The notes under the pieces are model-generated. The model was given only the letters and a program-made list of their open reading frames with translations. It searched no databases and had not been told where the DNA came from. From Hormoscilla sp. (GTDB lineage Bacteria; Cyanobacteriota; Cyanobacteriia; Cyanobacteriales; Desertifilaceae): 16,706 bases of DNA. The translations under genes and the position numbers were made by a program. Below, piece by piece: positions 1 through 7,050 of the stretch (position 1 is its first letter; every line of letters begins with the position of its first letter). The stretch is taken from NCBI GenBank assembly GCA_051439505.1, contig JBFRWI010000073.1, positions 1 to 16,706 of the forward strand, read 5' to 3'.

Positions 1-1
1 T

Positions 2-406
2 AATGACGAAGAAGAGAAGCCGGAAATTTACGCGGCAATGGGTGTGAGAGAATATTTTCAATATGACCCGACGGGGGATTATTTAACCCCGCCGCTGAAA
101 GGAAGGCGTAAGGGGCGATCGGGCTATAAAATTATCATTCCCGATCGCCTCGGAGATGGAACGATTGTGTTACGGTCTGTTGTGTTAGGATTAGAGATGC
201 GGTTGCTTCCGGATGGTCAGTTGCGGTTTTTCGATCCCGAGAGAGTCGAGTATTTACGCACTCATAGTGAAGAACGAGAACGAGGGGACCGCGAAAAAGA
301 ACGAGCCGATCGCGAAAAAGAACGGGCCGATCGCGAAAAAGAACGAGCCGAACAACTCGCTGCCAAATTGCTGGAACTAGGAATAGATCCTAACCTATTA
401 AATTAA
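2..406 (+). CDS. Uma2 family endonuclease-like protein with C-terminal coiled-coil tail (5' end outside window)
   Basis: The frame is open from position 2 (NDEEEKPEIYAAMGVREYFQYDP), matching the Uma2 KxxxYxxxGVxEYxxxDP motif. It continues through SVVLGLEMR...LRFFDP, a repeat tail and LAAKLLELGIDP. Confidence 0.85.
   Translation, partial: NDEEEKPEIYAAMGVREYFQYDPTGDYLTPPLKGRRKGRSGYKIIIPDRLGDGTIVLRSVVLGLEMRLLPDGQLRFFDPERVEYLRTHSEERERGDREKERADREKERADREKERAEQLAAKLLELGIDPNLLN
287..349 (+). repeat. 3 x 21-bp in-frame tandem repeat encoding DREKERA heptads
   Basis: GA(C/T)CGCGAAAAAGAACG(A/G)GCC at 287, 308 and 329. Confidence 0.9.
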
Positions 407-509
407 CACTCCTCTTCGGACAATCTCCAACCGTGGAGTTAGGGACTCACACCAAGAGTAAGCTTGTGGCGTGATTTGTGACGATGCCGGGAGTAAGTTT
501 AAGTTTATC

Positions 510-977
510 ATGATTCGACCGACCACAATTGATGACACGGACGCGCTGATCGCCCTCGCCGACTCCCTGGGTCTGTTCGGGCCCAATGAGCTTGAAATGC
601 TCAGAGAAATGCTAGCAGACTACCTCGGCGGGAACGACTGCGATCGCTTTTGGCTCACGGACGAGGAGGACGGACCGGTGGGGATGGCATACTGCGCTTC
701 CGAACCGATGACTCGCGGGACCTGGAACCTGCTTTTGCTCGCTGTGCGACCCGATCGCCAAGGGCAAGGACGGGGTGCGGCACTGATGCGCTATGTCGAG
801 CAAAGGTTGATGGCACGGGGCGCCCGCTTGCTGCTGGTGGAAACGTCGGGCCTGGCGAGCTTCGATCGCACCCGGGCCTTCTATCGCAAGTGCGGTTATT
901 CGGAGGAAGCACGTATCCGCGACTTCTACAATGCGGGGGACGACAAGATTGTTTACCGGAAGGTGCTGGGCCAATGA
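510..977 (+). CDS. GNAT family N-acetyltransferase
   Basis: Acetyl-CoA-binding motif A (LAVRPDRQGQGRGAALM) and motif B (AFYRKCGY). The ATG at 510 (MIRPTT) gives a typical GNAT start. Confidence 0.9.
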   Translation: MIRPTTIDDTDALIALADSLGLFGPNELEMLREMLADYLGGNDCDRFWLTDEEDGPVGMAYCASEPMTRGTWNLLLLAVRPDRQGQGRGAALMRYVEQRLMARGARLLLVETSGLASFDRTRAFYRKCGYSEEARIRDFYNAGDDKIVYRKVLGQ

Positions 978-982
978 TGGTC

Positions 983-1048
983 AGAAACCGGGTTTCTCGC
1001 AGCATCTGTGGTTTTGATGCCAAATTTTTCGGCAGAAACCCGGTTTCT
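983..1048. repeat. Paired near-palindromic AGAAACCGGGTTTCT / AGAAACCCGGTTTCT dispersed repeat
   Basis: 15-mers at 983-997 and 1034-1048 are reverse complements of each other. The same pair recurs at 8750-8816 and 10187-10252. Confidence 0.85.
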
Positions 1049-1121
1049 TGCGGCAACACCTACCGGTGAGTTTTATCAAGTCACCTTGAGGATGAGGATC
1101 GATGCTCTAGAAAAAGATAAC

Positions 1122-1163
1122 AGCGGAACCCAAAAGCATTCAGTTCGTGCTTTGGATTCCGCT
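1122..1163. terminator. Stem-loop between convergent genes, possible bidirectional terminator
   Basis: Imperfect inverted repeat AGCGGAACCCAAAAGCA-N9-TGCTTTGGATTCCGCT between the GNAT (+) and secreted paralog 1 (-). No clear poly-T tract follows. Confidence 0.45.
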
Positions 1164-1237
1164 CGTGCAAAAACCTGAGAATTGCAGTTTATAAAGCTCT
1201 AGACAACTCTATCCTACCAGACAAAGATCGTATCCTG

Positions 1238-1909
1238 TCAGGAGCCAATTTTTGACAGTGGAAGTAGTGAGAGGCTAAACGAACTAACACAGGCAGGTAC
1301 TAAACTCTCAACTGCGGGAGTAACCCTCAAAAGAACAAATTCTTCTTCCTCGTCTTCTTTCCCGTTAGAGCATTTTTGATAATTAAGACCTGCTAAGGAA
1401 CTGCCAGTTATGTTTTTGAGCTGAGGGCCAGCTTGCCACCAATTATTCCTTCCGCTCGTGTTACCTTGAGCAATGAAGAAATTTGGACAGGTATAGGTCT
1501 CATCCTCCATTTCAATTTCAAGGATTCCTTCAACCCAGAAATTAAGTGTATCTGGAAGACTTTGATTGGTATAACATGCGATCGCTCCACCACCAGCAAC
1601 CCTCTCTTTGAAGGTATCAGCTACTGCTGTCGTCCCACTGCGGCCTGCATCGACCGTGATATCCAGCCAGAATCCATCATATTTAGAGGTCGTTCCCCCG
1701 TAGGGCTGACCGTTCTTGATATCATGATCGACTTCAATAAACTTAATGTTGCTGGCCTCACCAACAGTCGAGTATACCACAACATTTAGTGCCCTAGTTT
1801 CCGGGCCTGAAGGTTCGACTTCATCGGCAAAAGCAGAACCTACACCGTAGAAAACGAGCAAACAGGCTAGGCAAACTACAGTGCCAAAAGCTTTGAGCAT
1901 TGATTTCAT
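1238..1909 (-). CDS. Uncharacterised secreted protein, paralog 1 of 3 (223 aa)
   Basis: GAGGAG RBS just upstream of the ATG at 1909. Signal peptide MKSMLKAFGTVVCLACLLVFYGVGSAFA. Shares the motifs AGR, GGGxxAC, LPxxLNFxVxGxLEI and TYxCxxFxIAQGNxxxxNNWW with the two neighbours. Confidence 0.85.
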   Translation of the reverse strand: MKSMLKAFGTVVCLACLLVFYGVGSAFADEVEPSGPETRALNVVVYSTVGEASNIKFIEVDHDIKNGQPYGGTTSKYDGFWLDITVDAGRSGTTAVADTFKERVAGGGAIACYTNQSLPDTLNFWVEGILEIEMEDETYTCPNFFIAQGNTSGRNNWWQAGPQLKNITGSSLAGLNYQKCSNGKEDEEEEFVLLRVTPAVESLVPACVSSFSLSLLPLSKIGS

Positions 1910-2137
1910 GAGCATCTCCTCATTCATCCATCGATAATATTGGTTTGCTGCTCGATATATCTCGTCGATACCGAGCATAACAGATCGATTTCAACCGGTA
2001 GAGCTGGGTGATATCTAACTTCAATTCTACTCCGTTAGATAAGATTGTCTATCTGTCCGATCTTGCTCAAATATAGCAATCTTAGGAGATTAGATCCCAG
2101 CCAGGGCTGAATTGCAAGAATTTTGATTTCTCTGCGT

Positions 2138-2773
2138 TTATGTTTTACTTGGAAGCTTTACAGGCTGCAGTGCTAAGTTGAAATCATTGATACAGAAAAT
2201 TCCACCAAGGTTAGAAGGCCGAGGGGTAACGATCAAGACGGCTGGCAATCCTATTCCTGATGGCAAACATATTTGAGCAGCAGGACCTATCATAGGCGCA
2301 CCACTAACGTTGATAAAATTCGGGCTAGCATTCCACCAGTTATTCGTTGTATCGATGTTACCTTGAGCAATGATGAAATTTGGACAGGTATAAGTTTTAC
2401 CTCCCTTGTCGATCTCAAGGTTTCCTTCAACAAAAAAATTCAGTAGATTTGGAAGGTTGATATTGGTAAAACAGGCGATGGTACCACCGCCTTCAACAAC
2501 GTCTTGAAATTTATCAGCTACTTTTTCTGTTTTGTGGCGGCCTGCCCGTACATTGAACTCCAGCTTTTTGTCCTTATATGTATAGGTTGTCCCCTCGTAG
2601 TCCTGATCGTCGCTGATCTCATGCCCGATCTCCTCAAACCTGATGTCATCAAAACTGCCATCGGTTGTGAAATTCACTATATTGTCTGCGGCAATAGCAG
2701 AAGCAACACCGCAGAAGACGAACAAACAAGCTACGCAAACCACACTCCAGAAAGCTTTGAGCATTAATTTCAT
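2138..2773 (-). CDS. Uncharacterised secreted protein, paralog 2 of 3 (211 aa)
   Basis: GAGGA RBS. Signal peptide MKLMLKAFWSVVCVACLFVFCGVASAIA. Same motifs and four mature-region cysteines. Confidence 0.85.
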   Translation of the reverse strand: MKLMLKAFWSVVCVACLFVFCGVASAIAADNIVNFTTDGSFDDIRFEEIGHEISDDQDYEGTTYTYKDKKLEFNVRAGRHKTEKVADKFQDVVEGGGTIACFTNINLPNLLNFFVEGNLEIDKGGKTYTCPNFIIAQGNIDTTNNWWNASPNFINVSGAPMIGPAAQICLPSGIGLPAVLIVTPRPSNLGGIFCINDFNLALQPVKLPSKT

Positions 2774-2918
2774 GTCACTTTCCTCAATTTACCTATCAAT
2801 AACATTTGTTTCCTGCTGGACTGCGTGCGATGACCTCGATCGGAACAGATCGATTGCGATCCATCTGATTTTCGCGATCGCACCACGCTGTCAGACTAAG
2901 CCGTCAAAGTTTGCTCGT

Positions 2919-3563
2919 TCAAGGTGCCAGTGAAAGGCTGAACGAATTTACACAGTTAGGTATCAAACGAGCGGAGACTGTAATCGCAGGAGTCACCCTC
3001 AAGACCTTGGATCCACCTTCTTGCGCTTCACAGGTTTGCATAATAGGGCCGATATAGGGAGCGCCAGAAGCGTTTATCGACTCAGGGCTAGCAGCCCACC
3101 AGTTATTCGATGTGCCGATGTTGCCTTGAGCAATGATGAATTTCTCACAGATATAGGTCTTACCTCCCTGGTCGATCTCAAGGTCTCCTACGACCCAAAA
3201 ATTCAGTAGCCCTGGAAGACTGATATTAGCGGTACACGCGCTGGTGCCACCACCTTTCGTTTCCCCTGCAAATGTATTAGCGACTTTCTCTGTCTTGCTG
3301 CGGCCTGCCCTGACATTGATTGTCAAGGTTTTGCCTTTTGTATATGTGGCACTCGCCCCCTCGTAACGCTGACCGTCCTTGATATCATGGTTGATCTCCT
3401 TAAACCTGATAGCGGTAGGACCGCCGGTGGTAGTGAAGGTCACTACATTGTCATATTTATCCTGAGGTTGGATTTCGTCGGCAAAAGCAGAACCTACACC
3501 ACACAAAACGAGCAAATAAGCTACCCAAACGACAGTCCCAAAAACTTTGAGCATTGATTTCAT
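2919..3563 (-). CDS. Uncharacterised secreted protein, paralog 3 of 3 (214 aa)
   Basis: GAGGAG RBS before the ATG at 3563. Signal peptide MKSMLKVFGTVVWVAYLLVLCGVGSAFA. Same motifs and four mature-region cysteines. Confidence 0.85.
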   Translation of the reverse strand: MKSMLKVFGTVVWVAYLLVLCGVGSAFADEIQPQDKYDNVVTFTTTGGPTAIRFKEINHDIKDGQRYEGASATYTKGKTLTINVRAGRSKTEKVANTFAGETKGGGTSACTANISLPGLLNFWVVGDLEIDQGGKTYICEKFIIAQGNIGTSNNWWAASPESINASGAPYIGPIMQTCEAQEGGSKVLRVTPAITVSARLIPNCVNSFSLSLAP

Positions 3564-4080
3564 ATCGATCTCCTCAATTCGTCCATCGATAACATTTGTT
3601 TCTGGCTCGACCGATCGCGATCGCCCCAAACGGAACCGATCGATCCGGCCCGCATCCAGAAACGGCTTGTGAAAAGGCCAAGAGATAAAGGATCGAACTG
3701 GGCGGCGCGAAATTCACCTGCGGGCAAACCGGATGGCGATCTCCCACTAACCGACAGCAGTCGAGGATCCCCGTAGTCAAACCACTACAGCTTGACTACT
3801 ACCTTGATTGCTTTTCAACCTCTTTCCCAAGGCTTCTTTCCCTTTATCTACTATTTCCGACTGGGAATCGTATTATTACTGTTTTTGGTGTTTTGTTGTT
3901 ACAAGTAACGTCAGTAAAAACATTTAATTTACAAAATCTGGATATAAAGTTTATTTTTATTATGGGGTCACAAGCAGTGATTTTAGCGCCTGAAACCCAG
4001 AGCGGACGGCAATACCTTAAGGTTTTGCACCTAAAGAACACATCACAACAAAGTAATTTAGGCATTTCAGCCCTTCTGAC

Positions 4081-4210
4081 GGGTGTGGTCAAAACCCGTT
4101 GGTAGTAGCCCGAACCCTAAAGGGCCCGGCTACATGAACAAAGCCCGCCTGCGCGGGCTATATTACTATCGGGTGATGCACCCAGCTATCAACTACTTTT
4201 GACCACACCC
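4081..4210. mobile_element. MITE 'A' (130 bp) with perfect 14-bp terminal inverted repeats and an 8-bp target-site duplication
   Basis: GGGTGTGGTCAAAA at 4081-4094 and TTTTGACCACACCC at 4197-4210. Flanked by CTTCTGAC at 4073-4080 and 4211-4218. No transposase inside. Confidence 0.85.
4105..4160 (+). repeat. REP-like double hairpin inside MITE A
   Basis: GTAGCC...GGCTAC hairpin followed by AGCCCGCCTGCGCGGGCT. A near-identical reverse-complement copy lies at 5480-5532. Confidence 0.8.
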
Positions 4211-4397
4211 CTTCTGACTGCGATCGCCACAGGGTCGTAATAAGCACCGGGAACACTGGCAATAATTACCGGTAATTATCCCATAGCAGAAACCTTACCG
4301 ATTTAGCCAAGGGAACAGGCGATCGCCCGCTTATCTGCGACTCAAAAAGTTGGTAAATCTAACTCAAATCCAGGTAATACCGCTTCTCCTGACAAGG

Positions 4398-4580
4398 GGG
4401 AGCATCTCAGATTTGCAAATTGACAAACAATCAAATATTTTTGATTGACATTTATGATGGGAGACGATAGCAGAGCTTGAGCAAAACATCCTCTGTGAGG
4501 TACTTTCAGAATAGCAATTAGCAATTAGCAATTAGCAATTAGCGAAATTTATTGCCAAAGTGCAAAAGTGAGATGCACCC
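4398..4580. mobile_element. MITE 'B' (183 bp) with 20-bp imperfect terminal inverted repeats and an 8-bp target-site duplication
   Basis: Left end GGGAGCATCTCAGATTTGCA versus reverse-complemented right end GGGTGCATCTCACTTTTGCA (3 mismatches). TGACAAGG is duplicated at 4390-4397 and 4581-4588. The paralogous empty site has a single copy at 5595-5602. Confidence 0.9.
4512..4543. repeat. Heptamer tandem repeat (TAGCAAT)4+ inside MITE B
   Basis: tagcaattagcaattagcaattagcaattagc. Confidence 0.9.
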
Positions 4581-4649
4581 TGACAAGGTGGCCGGAAGGC
4601 TCAAAACTACGGGGGCATCAAGTAAGCTCATACCAGTATCACAATACAA

Positions 4650-5222
4650 TCAGCTATCCGACAATTTCAGCCAAGAAAACAGGCGATCGCTGGTGAGGGA
4701 GAGTTCTGCTAAAAAGTCTGGTGTTGGCAGCAGATCTCGGTCATTGGAGAAGACTCTTAACTGTTCTCCGGAGGAAAACACTAAAACGCATCGTTCTTCT
4801 GGGTCGATTAACCATCCCAGTTGACAGCCATGTTCGAGGCAATGGAGAATCTTATTGATGACCAGAGTTTGGCTTTGTCCGGGAGATAAAATTTCAATAG
4901 TCCAATCTGGATGGCTTTGGAACAGGTTGGCCACTTCGCCGCGATCGTCTAGAGGAATTCTATCCCAACGCAGTACCACTACATCGGGAACGATCGATCG
5001 TCCTCCAAAACTGCAGCGCAGTTCTGGGAACGCATGAGCCGAACGTTGGGGTAAAGCTAAACGGTTAATGGTTGTCAAGAGTTCCCACTGAATTTTGCTA
5101 TGTTTTCCTTGAGGCATCGGTTTTTGAATAATGCGATCGTCGATATATTCTTGGGCAGGTTTTGTTTCTGGCAGTTCCAGAAACCCTTCTAGGGTCATTG
5201 GTTTGATGGCTGTCTGTACCAT
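4650..5222 (-). CDS. Uma2 family endonuclease (copy A, intact)
   Basis: TLEGFLELPETKPAQEY...KPMPQGKHS, PELRC...SIVPD, PDWTIEILSP and LGWLIDP. The start is best placed at the ATG at 5222 (MVQTAIK). Confidence 0.92.
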   Translation of the reverse strand: MVQTAIKPMTLEGFLELPETKPAQEYIDDRIIQKPMPQGKHSKIQWELLTTINRLALPQRSAHAFPELRCSFGGRSIVPDVVVLRWDRIPLDDRGEVANLFQSHPDWTIEILSPGQSQTLVINKILHCLEHGCQLGWLIDPEERCVLVFSSGEQLRVFSNDRDLLPTPDFLAELSLTSDRLFSWLKLSDS

Positions 5223-5479
5223 GGTCTTCTTGTCTGGCTGTATTATAGATAAAACTCGCGCGGAGTTCGGTGGCCAGGGAGCGATGGCTTGGCTATTTTG
5301 GCCCCTCGCCTGAAGAGCGCCACTGATGTCATGATAGCACACACTGCGTGACTAAAGTCCATCGACTTGTCAAGACTCTCAAAGCAGCAATTATACTTGT
5401 CCTCACATGCGATCGCCTAATACGATCGCACATTAAACTCGATCGGACGCTACAATTTCAGCCGATGATGCGTGCAGCC

Positions 5480-5532
5480 TAGCCCGCGCAGGCGGGCTTT
5501 GTTCATGTAGCCGGACCCTTCAGGGTTCGGGC
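5480..5532 (-). repeat. REP-like double hairpin, free-standing copy
   Basis: Reverse complement of 4108-4160 with 2 substitutions. No MITE termini flank it. Confidence 0.8.
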
Positions 5533-5546
5533 GGCTTATCCGTGAC

Positions 5547-6128
5547 TTAAAAAGCGGGTAAATATAACTCAAATCCAGGTAATACAGCTTCTCCTGACAA
5601 GGTGGCCGGAAGGGACAGGATCTCGACCGCCCGATCGGGGCGATAAATTTCGACCTGTTGGCCTTGGGGGTCGATCAGCCAACCCAAGCGCAAACCGTTG
5701 TTGAGATATTCGAGCATTTTATCTTGAAGGGGCCCGATCGCATCAGTGCGCGATCGCAGTTCAATGACAAAATCTGGACAAATGGGCGGAAATTTTTCCT
5801 GTTTTTCTGGCCTTAAAGCCTGCCATCGTGCTAAGGAAACCCAAGCAGCATCGGGAGAACGATCTCCACCATTGGGCAAGCGAAAAATCGTTGAAGAACT
5901 AAAGACGACTCCCAGTTGACTTTGACGATTCCACAAATTCAGATCGGTAATTAAATCTGCCTCTCGATTGCCGCTAATTCCGCCGACGGGGGACATAATG
6001 ACCAGTTCTCCTTTCGCAGTACGTTCCAATTGCCAATCTCGATTGGCCTCACAGAGTAACTCGAATTGTCGATCGCTCAGACCGACATTATCTAAGCTCA
6101 AAACTAAGGGGGCATCAAGTACGCTCAT
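5547..6128 (-). CDS. Uma2 family endonuclease (copy B, intact)
   Basis: LERTAKGELVIMSP, GVVFSSST, RSPDAAWV, PDFVIELRS, KMLEYLNNGLRLGWLIDP and LSGEAVLPGF. Start at the ATG at 6128. Confidence 0.92.
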   Translation of the reverse strand: MSVLDAPLVLSLDNVGLSDRQFELLCEANRDWQLERTAKGELVIMSPVGGISGNREADLITDLNLWNRQSQLGVVFSSSTIFRLPNGGDRSPDAAWVSLARWQALRPEKQEKFPPICPDFVIELRSRTDAIGPLQDKMLEYLNNGLRLGWLIDPQGQQVEIYRPDRAVEILSLPATLSGEAVLPGFELYLPAF

Positions 6129-6170
6129 AACAGTATCGCAAGACAATACACTTCTAATATTATCATACAG

Positions 6171-6212
6171 TCAGCTATCTGACAATTTCAGCCAAGAGAA
6201 CAGGCGATCGCT
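6171..6212 (-). pseudogene. 3'-terminal remnant of Uma2 copy A
   Basis: TCAGCTATCTGACAATTTCAGCCAAGAGAACAGGCGATCGCT matches 4650-4691 with 2 mismatches (SDRLFSWLKLSDS*). Confidence 0.8.
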
Positions 6213-6241
6213 CCTTTGACACCGCCCGATCGCCTTTTTTG

Positions 6242-6809
6242 TCAATTACTTGTCATCTTCAGCCAAGCAAAAATTCGATCTACTGTTAACTCTAAGTCAA
6301 TCGAATCTAGGGCTGATATGCGATCGCTGCCTCGCAACAGTAAGGGTTGTCGTTCTGGGCGGAAAACTAAAATTGACCGATCGACTGGATCTATTAACCA
6401 ACCAAGCTGGCAAGCATTTTATAAGCAATAGAGAATCTTGTCTATCACTCTGTTTGAACCTTGTTCCGGAGAGAGAATTTAAATTATCTAATCTGGTAAT
6501 AGCAAAAAGTCATTAGGAACTTCCCCATCAGGTTCAAAAGGAATTCGCGGCCATGAAAATACGGCGAGATCGGGTACAATAGAGCGCCGCCCCAAGCAGA
6601 GCGCGTAATTCTGGAAAAGCATAAGCTATTTGGGCTGGTTCCGCGATTTCGTTGATGCTATTACAAAGTCTCAGTTGTAGTCGGCTATGTTTTCCTTTTG
6701 GCATTGGTTTTTGTACGATCTCACCGTTAATGTATTCCCTAGCAGGTTTTGTTTCTGGCATCTGCAGAAACTCCTCTAAAGTCAATACTTGAGTAATTGT
6801 GCTTGTCAT
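6242..6809 (-). pseudogene. Uma2 family pseudogene (one frameshift, three premature stops)
   Basis: Begins MTSTITQVLTLEEFLQMPETKPA...FPELR, then shifts frame near 6600. It continues RSIVPDLAVFSWPRIP...PD*II*ILSPEQ...YCL*NACQLGWLIDP...RIFAWLKMTSN* ending at 6242. Confidence 0.88.
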
Positions 6810-7050
6810 GTTCTGGCATCGTGAATCAATTGGTGCAGATAGAAAATTCCTCAAAACTCCGATAAGCGCGAGCGCATTGGCGATGATAGCATATTTGAGA
6901 ACAGTTCCGACTGGGAGGGGACAAATTTGTCCAAGCGATCGGTCTCTATCTGGAAGCCTAGCCCGGAACCGAGTAGCCTGGGAACGAGAAAAGCTGACTG
7001 GATTAGCGCATAATAGGATTGTTAAGGCAAGCAACTACCAAGCGCTGACC

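Larger units (their letters stand above)
4342..4631 (-). pseudogene. Internally deleted remnant of the Uma2 gene at 5547-6128, interrupted by MITE B
   Basis: 4342-4397 matches 5547-5602, 4579-4599 matches 5593-5613, and 4600-4648 matches 6098-6146. Removing the MITE and one duplication copy gives the in-frame 32-aa MSLLDAPVVLSLPATLSGEAVLPGFELDLPTF. Confidence 0.85.

Noticed and set aside
983..1048. AGAAACC palindrome pairs with about 36-nt spacers as a mini-CRISPR
   Set aside because: Only two 15-bp units per locus, the spacers at 8765-8801 and 10202-10237 are homologous to each other, and there are no cas genes in the window.
612..1069. ORFs 612-974 (-), 650-1069 (+) and 655-1059 (-)
   Set aside because: Shadow frames of the GC-rich GNAT gene, rich in Arg/Pro/Gly and without motifs.
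1910..1978. Longer starts for secreted paralog 1 (1978) and paralog 3 (3629)
   Set aside because: RBS position and signal-peptide alignment with paralog 2 place the starts at 1909 and 3563.
3773..3799. GTAGTCAA/TTGACTAC 8-bp hairpin
   Set aside because: Short, single-copy and not placed at a gene 3' end, so too weak to call a terminator or REP.
3844..4105. Small ORFs 3844-4092 (-) and 3893-4105 (+)
   Set aside because: AT-rich intergenic DNA with no motifs, and both ORFs overlap the MITE A end.
4342..4524. 60-aa ORF ending in LSGEAVLPGFELDLPTF
   Set aside because: A chance fusion of MITE B interior sequence to the Uma2 remnant's 3' end.
4650..6809. Uma2 cluster as a restriction-modification or toxin-antitoxin defence system
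   Set aside because: No methyltransferase, antitoxin or other defence partner is adjacent, and Uma2 expansion is ordinary in cyanobacteria.
6534..7034. 166-aa ORF as an intact gene
   Set aside because: It is intergenic read-through joined to the first third of the Uma2 pseudogene and an out-of-frame tail.
6799..7050. 84-aa N-terminal extension of the kinase in the ORF track
   Set aside because: The family starts at MSxCINPxC (ATG 7051). The extension spans the divergent intergenic region and overlaps the Uma2 pseudogene start.
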